Part shown: piece by piece, positions 12,406 through 25,930 of the stretch
Layout: each line of letters starts with the position of its first letter
Position numbering within the stretch: position 1 is the stretch's first letter
Assembly: GCA_050273025.1 (NCBI GenBank)
Contig: CP158635.1
Location: 18,104,001-18,168,000 of the forward strand
Direction of reading: 5' to 3'
Length of the DNA stretch: 64,000 nucleotides
Source of the DNA: Cenococcum geophilum
Lineage: Eukaryota
Notes under the pieces: generated by a model
Told to the model about the DNA's origin: nothing
The model's database searches: none
The model's input: only the letters and a program-made list of their open reading frames with translations
Position numbers and translations under genes: made by a program

Positions 12406-13033
12406 GTACGAATCACGTGCTCCCCGACCCAATGCAAATATCACCTACCATATTATAAAAATTTAGTCGTTAAGATTGAAACTGCAAAGAACTTCTAGTC
12501 CTCCTGTTCAGATTAGACATTAATATCGAAGATCGGAAATATTTGCAGACCGCATTCGTGGGAAACTTACATATAATGGAGCACACGAAATGCAAGGTAA
12601 AAGGCTATACTATGCATGAACCTTATTTTTTGTATACCACCTGGGAGTAGCAATGGCTCAGCATGTTCTACTTACTGACGGCCTTGTTCAGAATCATAAG
12701 CCGGCCTGTGAACGCCACACTGCAATGGGATTATCATGGACTGTATGACGAAGTATAATCCAAGAATCCTCTACACATATCGAACAAGACACATATTAGA
12801 AGGCTTTGTTCGATGCATGAAGTATTGCTGCACTAATTGAAGCGTGCTTATTCAAGGTCAGTCGCATAGGAGTTATGCACTTGGTCGATCGTCCTAATCG
12901 TAAAAGGTTAAATACCGCGGTAAATTCGATTTTGGGGATTTGAATCGCCTTTTGCAAGTAAGCTTGGACCTGGGTTACCTCAATGTCTATCCAATTGCTC
13001 CTCTACCTAAAGCCAATTACTTGCTATTTCCTC

Positions 13034-13781
13034 CTATTTGAGCACGCCATCTTCATCATCGTCATCTGCATTTTTTACGCTAGCTAGCTCCAGAGTCTCT
13101 CCTCCTTCACTCTCATTACCAGCACCGCTCTTATCTAGTTCTTCATCGCTAAACCTTTCTCCAGAGAAAACATCACCATCCCCAGTGGCCAGTAGCGGTT
13201 CATTGCCCGCAGTACTTGTACTCCCAACTTTATTTCCTTCTTCTCTTCTACCAATAATAACACTCCCAGCTACAAGTAGCGCAGCACCCAGCCACCACAG
13301 CCCTGGCAAGGACTCCGAAAATATCAAAGCACCGAGAAATGCGGTAATCATGAAATTTGCCGAAGTATTTATGATGCTCACGCGGACTGTCGATGTAGCG
13401 AGTGTCAAGGCGCGAGTAAAGAGGCCCCACATAATAGCGTTAAAAAGGAGGTTGAGGGCGAAAAAAAGCTGTGGAACGTTAGAAAGCACATTCCATTGCT
13501 GTTATACCAGATTGCGGATTGCATACACCACGGATAAAGAACTCGACAATCTTATTAGAAGGACTGAGGTCTAGGCCCCTTGATATTGCGCTTGCCCATG
13601 ATGTAGTGAGCTCTGTAGTGGTCCTAAACAATATAGTTATCGTATTAGCATTCGCAGAGGGAATCTTTAGGAATTTTATCTGATGAACGTACAGCTTCGC
13701 AAATACACCGTTGAAAGCTGCGCAGGCCCCGCTAGCTATTGCAAGAACTAGCCACGCAGGTTTTGCTCTTGCAGCCTCCAT
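13034..13781 (-). CDS. TMEM42-like DMT/EamA-fold membrane protein (3 exons)
   Basis: WLVLAIASGACAAFNGVFAKL and NAIMWGLFTRAL...VSIINTSANFMITA motifs. Confidence 0.85.
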
Positions 13782-14065
13782 GATGAGTCCGGATTCTTAG
13801 AGGCCTCCGCAATGTCTCGGAGGGGCATGCTGAGCAGTAAGGGGAAGTGAGGTTCCTTTCACCGGGCCAAGCTTCCCCTTTTAGGAAGGCGCTATCGGCA
13901 GCGATAACTTGGGCTGAGGCTCCGTGCTCATTCAGACCTCTCTAATTCACTGAAAGGTACGCAGCAACTTTCAAATAGAGCGAAATCCTTTCAAAGGGTT
14001 ATAGGCAGTCAATTCATAATATTTTTAAATTATGTACTTTTCATATCAAGCAACACAGGCTTAGG

Positions 14066-14335
14066 TATCCCTTGCAACGTTGATTCGTGTCCTATTCTTA
14101 TCGATAAGCTCCAGCCATTAGATCGCTAGGATCTTTGAGCCGTGATAAGGAATATAAAGCTCAACATATATATATTTTAATATCTATACTCAATCCTTGG
14201 TAGAGATTCGTTTGGGATAGGCGTTCTAGCAATCGCCCTTCCTACTGAACAGAATTCTGCGAAGCTTCTGCCAGCTCTGATTCTGGTGTTCCCCACGGAC
14301 CACCTACAGTAGGACACCAAACGTTGCATAGGATT
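14066..14335. mobile_element. Degenerate CCC...GGG family MITE in the divergent TMEM42-like/DBP7 intergenic region
   Basis: Left end TATCCCTTGCAACGTT with CTTATCGATAAG at 14097; degenerate right end AACGTTGCATAGGAT at 14320-14334. Confidence 0.7.
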
Positions 14336-14679
14336 GGGGTAAGCTTGAAGGGGCTTGTAGCCTGTCTTATCGCCTAGGTATCTTCAATTTCTTGACGATG
14401 CTCGAGCTCAGGATGCTAGTGTGTGCAAAGATTTGAGAATTGGTAGATTGCGCACGTTGTGAGGCGCAAGTTCACAGAAAGGCGAGCCTTCGTTTGATTT
14501 ATGTGGAAATATTTAGGAAAGAAGGGCTGGCGAGATTTAGCGTACCTGCAAAATCTTGGCGCGATTTTGGGAAAGCTCGGACCACATCCAGCAAAATAAT
14601 TTCGTGGGGTCGACTTTTCAAAATCCATTATCACTGGCTAGCATCGTCCGCAAGGCCTGGGTAGGCCGACCTTTTCACC

Positions 14680-17127
14680 ATGGCAGACGACGGCATGCTA
14701 CTCAATTTCTCTGTTGGAGATGGAATCACTACTGCTAAGCCCTCATTTAAGGGTGGGCGTTGGAAGGATAGACTAACAGCGAAGAAAGCAGCATTGCACT
14801 GGCAGAAAAAGGTGGCAGGAAGTTTGAAACCCACACAAAATGGAAGACAGCATAGGAGTCCAGATTCTGAGGGGTCGAAAGGGTACATTGGCCCAAGAAC
14901 CACAAAGAAGCCTCGAATTAATGGAGAGTTCAAGCCTGCATCGAATAATCATACAGTGTCCAACATAGCAAAGACTGGCACAGGTGGACACGAAACCCAG
15001 AAAGGTCACCAGAAACAAATTATATCTTCTCTATTCACTTATAACCCTACTTCGACCACTATATCAATACCTCAAAATGATGCTCAAGATGAGCCGCCCG
15101 TCGAACCCTCGAATGCACCTCTGACCAGCAAGCTCGATACTTTCACTTCCCTTGGCCTTTCTACAACTTTAGCAAGCCACCTACTGCATAAGATGGACCT
15201 GAAGGCACCTACGATAATTCAGAAAGTTGCCATAACAAAGTTGATTAAGGAGGATTCGGATGCTTTCATACAGGCAGAAACTGGGTCAGGGAAAACGCTG
15301 GCATATCTGTTACCAATCGTGCAGAGGATTATAGAGCTATCGGAAACCCTAAAGAAACAAAATGTCGAAGATGGTCTTGATGCCGTGCACAGAGACTCTG
15401 GGCTCTTTGCAATTATCCTTGCTCCAACTCGAGAACTAAGCAAACAGATTGCTTTGGTGCTGGAGAGCCTGCTCCGCTGCGCCCACTGGATTGTGGCTGG
15501 GACTGTTATTGGTGGGGAGAAGAAAAAATCCGAAAAAGCACGCCTACGGAAGGGTATCAATATCCTGGTAGCAACGCCGGGCCGATTAGCAGATCATCTT
15601 GAACACACAGAGCGGTTGAATGTTAGCAATGTGCGTTGGCTGGTGCTTGATGAGGGTGATCGGTTGATGGAGCTTGGCTTCGAACAAGAAATCCAGAAGA
15701 TTGTTGGGAATCTAAATCTCCGGATGAGAGCTACGAAGGATCCAAAGTTCAGGATACCAGGGTTACCAGCGAAAAGAACAACTATCCTATGCTCGGCAAC
15801 TATGAAGATGGACGTTCAACGTCTCGGAGAAATCAGCTTGAAGGAGGCCGTACACATTCACGCCGATCCAACAGATACCAAGGATGTGGGTGGCATTCAA
15901 GACGCAAAGGAGAATGGATTCTCGGCCCCGGCACAACTGAAGCAGTCGTATGCCACTGTCCCAGCTAAGCTACGCTTAGTTTCTCTTGTCGCATTCCTCA
16001 AACGCGCTTTTGCACGCAAAGGATCCGTTATGAAAGCAATTGTCTTCATCTCTTGCGCAGACTCTGTCGACTTCCACTTTGATGTTCTTACTAGTCAGCT
16101 CGATACCGAGTCGACCTCAGACTTGGCCGAAGATAAGGAGACGCCTGAGGAGCAGACAAAGCAATCCGGGAGCAAACAGAAGGCCACCAAATCCGTTACC
16201 CAGTCCAATCCCACTACGCTTGCCGTAACTCACGCACCTTCTCCTCTCCTGTCACCACCAACACATTCCATCACAACTTATCGTCTTCACGGCTCCCTCC
16301 CGCAAGCCCTCCGCACTTCGACCCTCGCCCGCTTTACTAAGAGCTCTGAACCATCCCTCCTACTGGCCACTGATGTTGCTTCTCGTGGTCTCGATCTTCC
16401 CAACGTGGATCTGGTAATCGAATTCGACCCCGCCTTTGCGCGCGAAGACCATTTACATCGTATCGGCCGCACAGCACGAGCCGGCCGCGACGGCCGGGCA
16501 TGCATCTTCCTAATGCCAGGGTGCGAAGAGGGCTACGTTGATATCCTCAAAGAAGACAGGAAGGAAAGCGAAGCCCGGCTGCATATCGGACGGCAAGATG
16601 CAAATGAAATCCTCAAAAAAGGCTTCACGTTATCCGAACCAAACCAGGGCCCAAAAATTGCCAAAGCGGAGAAGATTGGATATGCGGAGAAAGCGACAGA
16701 GCTGCAGCTTGCTATTGAACGTTGGGCGCTTGCTTCCCCCGCTCGGCTGGAGAGCGCTAGGAGAGCCTTTCAGAGTCATGTTCGGGCATACGCTACGCAT
16801 GTTGTAGCTGAGCGGAGGTATTTTGATATTAAAGAGTTGCATTTGGGACATTTAGCGAAAGCCTTCGCGTTGAGAGAACGCCCTAGTGGGATGAAGGTGC
16901 CTGGACTGAGGACGGGAACTGGAAGGGATGGTGGGAAAGGAGTTGCTAAGGCAAAGAGAACAGAGGGCAGGCAAACCACGAAGGCGGGTGGAAGTACAAA
17001 AATGGATTTGGGTGTTCCTCGTTCTGGCGAAACGGAGGAAGAAGCAGCGAAAATGAGGAAGGCTGTTAGGGCAAGGGAGAAATTCATGAGAGGGGTTGGT
17101 GTCGCCGATGAGTTTAACCTTGGTTGA
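14680..17127 (+). CDS. DBP7: ATP-dependent RNA helicase Dbp7 (60S biogenesis)
   Basis: AETGSGKT, PTREL, VLDEGDRL, SAT, HRIGRTARAG, HLGHLAKAFALRE; intronless 815 aa. Confidence 0.93.
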   Translation: MADDGMLLNFSVGDGITTAKPSFKGGRWKDRLTAKKAALHWQKKVAGSLKPTQNGRQHRSPDSEGSKGYIGPRTTKKPRINGEFKPASNNHTVSNIAKTGTGGHETQKGHQKQIISSLFTYNPTSTTISIPQNDAQDEPPVEPSNAPLTSKLDTFTSLGLSTTLASHLLHKMDLKAPTIIQKVAITKLIKEDSDAFIQAETGSGKTLAYLLPIVQRIIELSETLKKQNVEDGLDAVHRDSGLFAIILAPTRELSKQIALVLESLLRCAHWIVAGTVIGGEKKKSEKARLRKGINILVATPGRLADHLEHTERLNVSNVRWLVLDEGDRLMELGFEQEIQKIVGNLNLRMRATKDPKFRIPGLPAKRTTILCSATMKMDVQRLGEISLKEAVHIHADPTDTKDVGGIQDAKENGFSAPAQLKQSYATVPAKLRLVSLVAFLKRAFARKGSVMKAIVFISCADSVDFHFDVLTSQLDTESTSDLAEDKETPEEQTKQSGSKQKATKSVTQSNPTTLAVTHAPSPLLSPPTHSITTYRLHGSLPQALRTSTLARFTKSSEPSLLLATDVASRGLDLPNVDLVIEFDPAFAREDHLHRIGRTARAGRDGRACIFLMPGCEEGYVDILKEDRKESEARLHIGRQDANEILKKGFTLSEPNQGPKIAKAEKIGYAEKATELQLAIERWALASPARLESARRAFQSHVRAYATHVVAERRYFDIKELHLGHLAKAFALRERPSGMKVPGLRTGTGRDGGKGVAKAKRTEGRQTTKAGGSTKMDLGVPRSGETEEEAAKMRKAVRAREKFMRGVGVADEFNLG

Positions 17128-17585
17128 GGTATTGCATGAATTCTGAAGAGATCTCAATGGTATTTGTATTATGAATTTATACCCATGCTGTTGCAATAGT
17201 CTTCTACAATACATAGATATTGGACACATGTCTACAATCAGCTTTCCGAAGGCTCAGAGCGTATTCGAGGCCGCGAAGGGCAGTTTGCCATCGCTAGTAT
17301 AATTAGCAACATTACCAAATAGGGTTACTACGGTCAGGCTGGACAAACCTGTGACATTACCCTCATACTGGCATTAAATAGGTCCAGCTCCTATATTTTG
17401 CCTCTGCGTTATAGAGGACATTCTAATCCCATAGTGGAGAGAGCTTGTTCTGGACTGAGACAACGCATCATTGGTGATGTTTTCAATAATCAACAAGATG
17501 AAATACCCTGCAACAGCCATGCTTGATGTGGCTAATATTGTTCTTGATATACTTTATGTCTTAACAACTTCCTCCGTTAATATAA

Positions 17586-18391
17586 TCATAGGTCCGGCTG
17601 ATTATGCATCTTGAAGCTCTTCTTCGCTCGATCCGGTGCCCGGTTTTTGAACTGTTCGCCGTTGATCTCAAATACGAGCGGCTTAAGCTTCTCCTGTCCT
17701 TCTTTCGCAGCGAGCGGGACTTCGAATCTGAAGATTGTATGCTCCTTGGGAATGGCTAGAAACTGTTATCAGTGGTTATACCAACCATTTAGAGAAAAGT
17801 CCAAGGCTCACTCTTCATCACATCCTTGCTTGTCACAATCTCAACCACAAACATAGCATCCCTGACTACAATGCCTTTCAGCCCGACACGGCTCACACAC
17901 CTACTCCGCACAACCTCCACTAGCGCCCCGTGCATATCCGCACTCGCAAGTACCGGTCCAGCGCCGGCAGGGCTCACATACTGCCCCTTCCTCTCGAACA
18001 CGGCAACCCCATCACTTCCAGGATCCCCAGGGTCCCGCTCTAGCCCCAATATCTCTCGCATATACCCGCACCATAGCCGGTGCAGCGGTTCATAGATGCT
18101 GTATTTTTGTTGCGCCTTCGGGATATCGTAGAGACACAGCGCGCGCTTCTGTGCGGCAGAGAGTGGGCGTGGTTTGTGGGACTGCCGCTTTTTAGCCGCA
18201 GCTTTGCGGGCAGCGCGAACCTGGCGACGTGTTGAGCGCGCGGAGGGAGTTGGCGACGAGGGACGGAGTGGGAGCGGTTTGTGCAATACGCGCTCGGTGA
18301 AGATACGGTTGGCGGTGGTGGGCGAGTGTGCGCGTGCGAGGAGACTGTGCGCGATGTGTTGCGCCTCCTCGACGGCGGCTTGGTCAGTCAT
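17586..18391 (-). CDS. POP4: RNase P/MRP subunit p29 (2 exons)
   Basis: YEPLHRLWCGYM, ADMHGALVEVVRSRCVSRVGLKGIVV, second exon IPKEHTIFRFEVP...RAPDRAKKSFK. Confidence 0.92.
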
Positions 18392-19217
18392 GAGAATGGT
18401 GAGGTTGACTTCGTAATACAGATCTTCATAACGAAGTCACTGGATGATTTAACACTGCGGAATCGTGCATGTCTTGGCGCGATTGATCCCCACTCTGGTT
18501 CCTCATCGGGTCGGCCAAGGCTTGTTCTGAATGACCTCAGAGTGCAGCTAAACAACGTACAACTCGTACCCCTTCTCTTAAACTCAACAACCCTGTAGAT
18601 AACCCTGTCTCGGCTTTAGTTATAATCTCAAGAGTATGCCTTAGGACCCCGGTGACTTTCGCCAAGAAGACGTGACGGCGCCTAGATAAATTATCTTCAA
18701 AATACGAAGGCAGAAGTAAGACGTTCTTGGAAATATATACGCAAAAGCCCCAGATTGGGCAGGGCTTGCGATTTTAATGCGAGATCCTGTTTTGGGGGCT
18801 GTCTGGACTCCCCTAGACCATCATATTACCGCGGTATAAGTACGATAATCAGCGCAACTTACATCATTCGTCGCCCAGCGATCATGGCAATGCCCTCGCG
18901 AAGAGCCTGAAGACTGCAGACCGCGTGTCTTCTGCATGTTTGTCTCTCCTTACCGACCCACGGGGCACGCTTTGTTTCCGGACAACCTGACCCAAGGACG
19001 CCACAGACGGGAATACGAAGCCTAAACTTCAAGGCAGATTTTAGGGCATCAATCATTCACCACGCATACGCGCCTTATTCCCGTAATGTGGTCGACTCTA
19101 GCGCCTCACTCTAACAATATATTCATCTGTATGCATCTGATGCCTACAGTCTCTCTTCAGATGTTTAATTGTTGATGTCTCTTCTCAGAACACCTCATCA
19201 TCTGAGATAGAATCAAA

Positions 19218-22200
19218 ATGGGTCCACCGTTATTTCTCCGCCAAATATGGACGCTTGCCTGGAAGGACCTCTTGCTCGTCCTTAATGGCAAGCGAAATGC
19301 TTCAACCATATTTCGCGCGCTCACAGCGCCCATTGTTTTGTCCATTTACATGTCATTTATCATTCGCATCTACTGGCCTCAAGAGGTATATGGCGTTGGC
19401 ACACCCAATCCCATAAGAGGCTTGTCGGACGCAATGAATTCCGCAGGAGGTGGCCGTAACACACTCGCACTTTGCAATTATGGTCCTTCTGGCGGTGAAA
19501 TCGACAAAGTCATCAACATGGTTGCGACTTCAGCTAGAGGGAGTGGAAAGGCAGTTGAAATCCTGACTAACCCTGACCAACTCCTCACACTCTGTCGCAG
19601 CTCTCTCTCTGGAACTACCAAGTGTTATGGTGCAGCTGAGTTCTATTCGTCTATCAATGAAGGCGGTCACTGGAATTATACATTGAGAAGCGACGGTTCG
19701 TTTGGATACCATGTCAACACCAACAAAAATAACAATGACCCTGAGATCTATTCCCTCCCTCTCCAACATGCAATCGATTCAGCTATTGCATCAGTGGAGA
19801 CCGGCGCTAGTACACAGGATCTCCCAAGCAACGTCGAGGAGTATCCATTCACCTCCAAGACGCAGAAAGAGTGGAACGATTCCATCAGGACCTCAATTCA
19901 GCACGCTAATATCTACTACATTGCCATCGTATGGTATCTCGGATTTGTTGGTCTGTGTTACCATATTGTTGGTGTAATAGCAAGAGAAAGAGAGCATGGC
20001 ATGGCAGATCTGATCGAATCAATGATGCCGAACACGGCTCGCTGGCAACCGCAAGCAGCTCGTCTCCTAGGCCATCATATAGCCTTTACGATTGTAAGTG
20101 TTTAGTAACTACCCCATGAACGGCGCGCACTTTTACTGTAGCTTTACTAACAAACTTTATCACAGGTGTACTTTCCAGGATGGCTTGCAATGGCAATTAT
20201 CACAAAAGTCGGCCTGTTCCCTAATCTTTCTGCCGGGATTATTATTATCTTCAATATTCTGGCTGGCCTCGCGCTGAACTCGTTCTCGATACTTGGCGCA
20301 TCATTCTTCAAAAAAGCTCAGTTGAGCGGTATTACCATCATAGTCATAACGCTCATACTGGGAGTTGTCGCTCAAATTACGGCCAAAAGCCTGTCCACTG
20401 GCGCGGTTGCTATCCTAAGTCTTCTATTTACTCCCATGACTTTCGTGTTCTTCTTCATTTTCATGGCTCGTTTTGAGCATTTGCAACAGCATACAAACCT
20501 GATCAAAGCTACACCAGGTGCTACTTGGACGCTCCCTGGTATTGTCCTCTGGATCTTTTTGATCGTTCAGATATTTGTGTATCCCATCCTAGGAGCTTTG
20601 GTCGAGCGGTATTTGTACGGCACTGCATCAAAAAGAGGGAGAACAGTGGTATTCGGGGAGACCACAACACCAGTAACTTTGATAAACTTTACCAAGCACT
20701 ATTATCCTAACTGGTTCTACCAAGTTATTACGCCTCTCCTTGGTTTCAAGAAAAGTCCAGTGGTTGCTGTCAAAGATCTCTCGCTTTCTGCAATGAAAGG
20801 CCAAATCATGGTCCTAGTTGGTGCTAACGGCTGTGGAAAATCCACTACCCTGGTACCGCTCCCTAGTTAGACGTATTATGGAATTACAGACTAACAGCAT
20901 GTGTAGAATGCCATCGCTGGCCTCAACGATGTTACCAGTGGCTCTATTACCTTAGACGGAACTGGCGGTATTGGAATATGCCCGCAAAAGGTATTTACAC
21001 CATATTCGATGCATAGCGTTCAGTTTAATCATTGAGAGTTCACTGACTTCTAAATTAGAACGTTCTATGGGATACTTTGACGGTCGAGCAACATGCTAGG
21101 ATATTCAATAGGATCAAATCTACTACAATTAGCCCTACCTCCGACGGCGAACTCAGCCAACTCATATATGACTGTGGACTGACCAACAAGCTGAAGGCAT
21201 ACTCTAAAACATTGTCAGGGGGCCAGAAGCGGAAGCTACAGCTCATTATGATGTTGACCGGCGGAAGCAAAGTCTGCTGTGTTGATGAAGTATCTGGTGG
21301 ACTTGATCCTCTGTCAAGAAGAAAAGTCTGGGATATTCTCCTCGCAGAAAGATGCAACCGAACAATCATCCTCACGACACACTTCTTAGACGAGGCAGAG
21401 TTTCTGGCTGATCACATGGTCATAATGTCCAAAGGTACACTGAAGGCTGAAGGATCGGTATCTGAGTTAAAAAATAAGCTTGGAGGAGGATATCGTATCC
21501 ACACTCTTCATGGGGCTGGTTATGGACCACCTCCAGAAACCATCGATCTTTTGAGTGACGTACCAAAAGAGGTTATGTATGACCAAACGATATACACTGT
21601 GTCAGACACTGGTCGGGCAATGAAAGTCATTAAAGAATTCGAGAATAAGGGTATCACTAAGTATCAAGTGACCGGCCCTACGATCGAAGAAGTCTTCATG
21701 AAGCTAGCCGAGGACCCGGATTCTGAGAAAGCATCAGAAAGTTCAGATTCGGTATCCGAAAATGCTATCACTCCGGCTCCTTCTCACCACCACGAGAAAG
21801 CTACAGCAACTATTACGCAGAAACACAGTGGGGAACCATTACTGAGTGGTAAAAGGATCGGTTTTGTCCAACAAGCTCTGATTCTATTTCGGAAACGGAT
21901 GACAATTCTTCGGAGGAACTACATCCCTTATGCTGCCGCTTTTCTTATTCCTGTTATATCAGCAGCTCTCTTGTCCATATTAATCAAGAACTACAACTAT
22001 CCAGGATGCTCTCCGGCTCAGCAAGTTAATACTCAAGATCTCGAGACATTATCCACCAACAGCAACTATAAGCCTCTACTGGTCGTCGGTCCAACGACTG
22101 CACTCTTGAAAGCAGACCTCACCAAACTTCAAGGCCTCTTACCGCAACAATTTGGCGATGCCAACAGTTCCCAATCCGCCATATTCCAGTATGTTCATCT

Positions 22201-24638
22201 AGTCGATACTATGGACGAGTATAATGCGTTCATCCACCAGAACTATGCAAATGTGACGCCTGGTGGCTTCTTCCTGGGTGGGAATGGCACTACACCAACT
22301 TTCAGTTATTATTCTAATGTTGGATATCTCGGCGTTTACTCTTCGATTTTTATGCAGAATGCTTTCGACGTTCTGCTAACGAACATTTCAATTACTACCC
22401 AACTTCGGTTAGTACTTCGTTTCCTGCAACAGCAATCCTCATTAAATATCCCATTGCCTTTCGTTGTAATACCCTCTTAAACATTTACTCATATTATCGT
22501 AGCGCCTTCAACTACCCATGGCCAGCAGATATGGGAAATGCTATACAATTTGTCTTCTACTTCGGTCTGATTATGGCCTGCTACCCAGCATTCTTTGCGC
22601 TCTATCCGACCGTCGAAAGATTGCGAAAAATTCGAGCCTTAGAATACTCCAACGGAGTCCGCTCTCTTCCTCTATGGTATGTGCGGTGTATCTTCTAGCG
22701 CGTAGTGTATATATCTAGAGAGTAACTCACTAATATTCTTTAGGCTCGCGTATCTTTCGTTCGATTGGATTATCGCCTTGTTGGTTAGTGTCTTTGTCAC
22801 GATTGTCTTCGCGGGAGCTGCGAAGAATGCCTGGTGGAACCTCTCCTACCTCTTTGTCGTGCTCTTCTTGTATGGTTTAGCATCTATCCTGTGGTCTTAC
22901 TTGGTTTCTCTTTTTGCCAAAACTCAGCTCGCAGGTTTTGCCATTGCCGCTGGCTCTCAAGCGTAGGATTTATTCCATTCGAAGTTAAACGACATGACTA
23001 ATTCGTGTTACAGATTCATGCTTCTGATGTATATGACGGCAGTCTTCAACATTGAATCCCGTGTCGATCCAGCTAAGGTCGATGACGATATCACGATTGT
23101 CAATTTCACGCTCAACCTGGTGACGCCAGTCGGAAACTTGATCAGAGCGATGATGATTTCCATGAACATGTTTTCCTTCCTCTGCTCCGGTGCACCACCA
23201 AAAATGGCAACGTACCCTGGTGCGATCAAGCTTTACGGAGGCCCGATTGTCTATCTCGTGGGACAATCCCTCGTTCTCTTCGGTGTCTTGATGTTGTGGG
23301 ATCACGGCTGGACCTTGTCATGGTTCAAGAAAGCCGCCCCCGCTCCGGATGTTGAGGTCCATGACACCAAGGAAAAAGAGGTCTTGGATGAGATTGAAAG
23401 AGTTAGAAATTGTGATGATGGACTACGCGTCTTACACCTAACAAAGACCTATAAATCTCGCGCTTTCGGTAATGTAACGGCTGTAGAGGACATAACCTTT
23501 GGCATCAGGAAAGGGGAAATGTTTGCACTGGTCGGCCCAAACGGAGCGGGAAAGTCTACAACTATTACTATGCTCAGAGGAGAAATCCAACCTTCTCAAA
23601 AAGGTGGTGAGATTTATGTCGAAGGTATAGATATTGCCAAGGAGAGGAAGACTGCTCGATCACACCTTGGCGTCTGTCCGCAATTCGACGCTATGGATCA
23701 GATGACTGTACTCGAGCATCTTGAGTTCTACGCAGGCGTGAGAGGTGTCAAGGATGTAAAGCACAATGCACGACAGGTCGTAAGAGCTGTAGGCTTGCAG
23801 AGTTTTGCTAATAGGATGGCCTCGAGACTTTCGGGGGGCAATAAGAGGAAGCTGAGTCTGGGTATCGCATTAATAGGTAAGTCTTACGCTATCTTATTTA
23901 GCTAGCCCTTTCGCTCACATGGTGCCGCAGGCAATCCTGAAGTAGTGCTCCTCGATGAACCTTCATCCGGCATGGACCCTCTTGCCAAGCGCACAATGTG
24001 GAAAACTCTCACAACCTTTCTGCCAAACAGGTCCATTCTTCTCACAGTACGTCCTGCTGGCTGTCAAATTTGTACTTCGCTAACCGATTTTCCAGACCCA
24101 CTCCATGGAAGAGGCAGATCACCTAGCTGACCGCGTCGGCGTTCTCGCCAAGAGAATGCTCGACATTGGTTCCACGGCACATCTTCGCAACAAACACGGC
24201 TATGGCTTCCACATTCATCTCATCAGCAAATCCGCACCCTTGACCTCTACGGAAGAAATGGAAACGGTTAAGTTATGGATTGAAAAGTCTCTTCCAGGAG
24301 CTCAGCAAGAAGGTAAGCCGTATCATGGACAGATGCGATTCAACATACCTGCGCAAAAATACCTGTCGGAACCCGAACAAAAACAAAACAATGAAAAAAC
24401 TCCGGAAACTTTCATTCGTGACGAAGCTGGCATCTCGATTGGTGCTTTGTTTGTCCTGCTCGAGGAAAATAAGGACGTCCTCGGGCTAGAGTTCTACTCC
24501 GTCTCGCCGTCTACGTTTGATGAGGTTTTCTTAAGGGTTGTGGAGAAGCATAATGTGGGTGAGGAAGATCGGCCAGCGGTGACGAAGGATTTCAAGTACT
24601 ATATGAGAAAGTTATTCAAGCGAGCAGTGGCTGTTTGA
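19218..24638 (+). CDS. Full-size ABCA-subfamily ABC transporter (multi-exon)
   Basis: [12 protein letters not shown] start, two NBDs ([36 protein letters not shown]), TIEEVF and TFDEVF ABCA motifs. Confidence 0.93.
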
Positions 24639-25198
24639 AGGGCGGAACATTTCTTGAATTTTGTCGCAGCTCGCTGTTGTAATTTTCCTTTTCTTTTTGC
24701 TTCTCATCCCTGCTCATTTTTTCGTAGATAGAATTTATACACTTCAAAATAGGGACACACTCTAGAACAAACTAGAGGCACAAAGCATAGAGTCCTTCAT
24801 ACGTTGGACGCTAGCAGCTTGTCGTCCAATGAGAAGCCATGAGAGAGATCCACACGAGGTAAAATGGCAATTATAGAGTATTTTTAAAGTCGCATTGAAG
24901 CTCCTGTGCAGGATCGCCTATTATGGTTCTCATGACCTGCTTCAAACGTCGCTTGGGAGAGAAGAGCTCTTTCCTAATCGGGAAGTGTATTTGCTGCGGG
25001 GCCAGATTTATTCCGTTCACCTAAACCATTCTGTGAATTACCCGAATAAAAAAAACCCTCACAGCCCAGGAAATTCCTAAAAGTTGTATAAAAACCCACG
25101 CTATACGAGAACAGATCAAGAAAGCTACGCCATTGCGCCTTCAATTGCAGCAATTATCACACGTACCATCTCAATCACAACCTCAGAAACCCTCCAGC

Positions 25199-25930
25199 AT
25201 GTCCGACCCCGCCAACCCCGCCGCCTCCCCTTCCAACCCCTCCAACCCCTCCAAACTCATCTTCGCGCCCACCGGCGGCTCCACCGACCCCAGCAAAGCC
25301 ATCCAATATGCCCAAGGCACGCTCAAACTCACGGACCTCTCGCCCTCCCCACTCACCCAGTTCCACGCCTGGTTCGCCGCCGCGCAGGCCGCCAACGTAT
25401 ACCAGCCCGAAACCGTAACGCTGGCCACAGCATCCCTGCCCGACGGCCACGTCTCGGCGCGCGTGGTATTCATGAAAGAGCTCGATGCGCGCGGCTTCGT
25501 CGTCTACAGCAACTGGGACACGAGCCGCAAGGCGCGCGACGTGCGCGGCAACCCGCGCGCGGCGCTGACGTTCTGGTGGCGCGAAGTCGAGAGGCAGGTT
25601 AGGGTGGAGGGGATAGTGGAGCGGCTGACGGACGCGGAGAGCCAGGTTTACTTTGATACAAGGATCCGGGGGAGCAGGATCGGGGCGTGGGCTAGTGCGC
25701 AGAGTAGTGTGTTGCAGGGGAGGGAGGAGCTAGAGGAGAGGGTAAAAGGTGTTGAGAAGAAGTTTGAGGGCCAAGACAAGATTCCGGTGCCGCCATTTTG
25801 GGGTGGGTTGAGGGTTGTGCCGGAGGTAGTAGAGTTTTGGCAGGGGAGGGAGTCAAGGTTGCATGATCGGTTTAGGTATATGAGGGAGGGGAAGGAAGGG
25901 GCATGGAAAATTGAACGGCTGAGTCCCTAA
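25199..25930 (+). CDS. PDX3: Pyridoxine/pyridoxamine 5'-phosphate oxidase
   Basis: LATA...SARVVFMKELD, RQVRVEG, SRIGAWASAQS, VEFWQGRESRLHDRF; TATAAAA at 25087. Confidence 0.95.
   Translation: MSDPANPAASPSNPSNPSKLIFAPTGGSTDPSKAIQYAQGTLKLTDLSPSPLTQFHAWFAAAQAANVYQPETVTLATASLPDGHVSARVVFMKELDARGFVVYSNWDTSRKARDVRGNPRAALTFWWREVERQVRVEGIVERLTDAESQVYFDTRIRGSRIGAWASAQSSVLQGREELEERVKGVEKKFEGQDKIPVPPFWGGLRVVPEVVEFWQGRESRLHDRFRYMREGKEGAWKIERLSP

Noticed and set aside
15640..15670. DEGD instead of DEAD in the helicase as a sign of inactivation
   Set aside because: DEGD is the usual motif II in fungal Dbp7.
25133..25198. Non-AUG N-terminal extension of PDX3
   Set aside because: The frame is open upstream, but it is short and not clearly a targeting peptide; no support without ribosome data.
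25199..25930. C-rich 5' half and G-rich 3' half in PDX3, POP4 and the PMP3-like gene
   Set aside because: A common codon-position skew in filamentous ascomycete genes, not specific to this locus.
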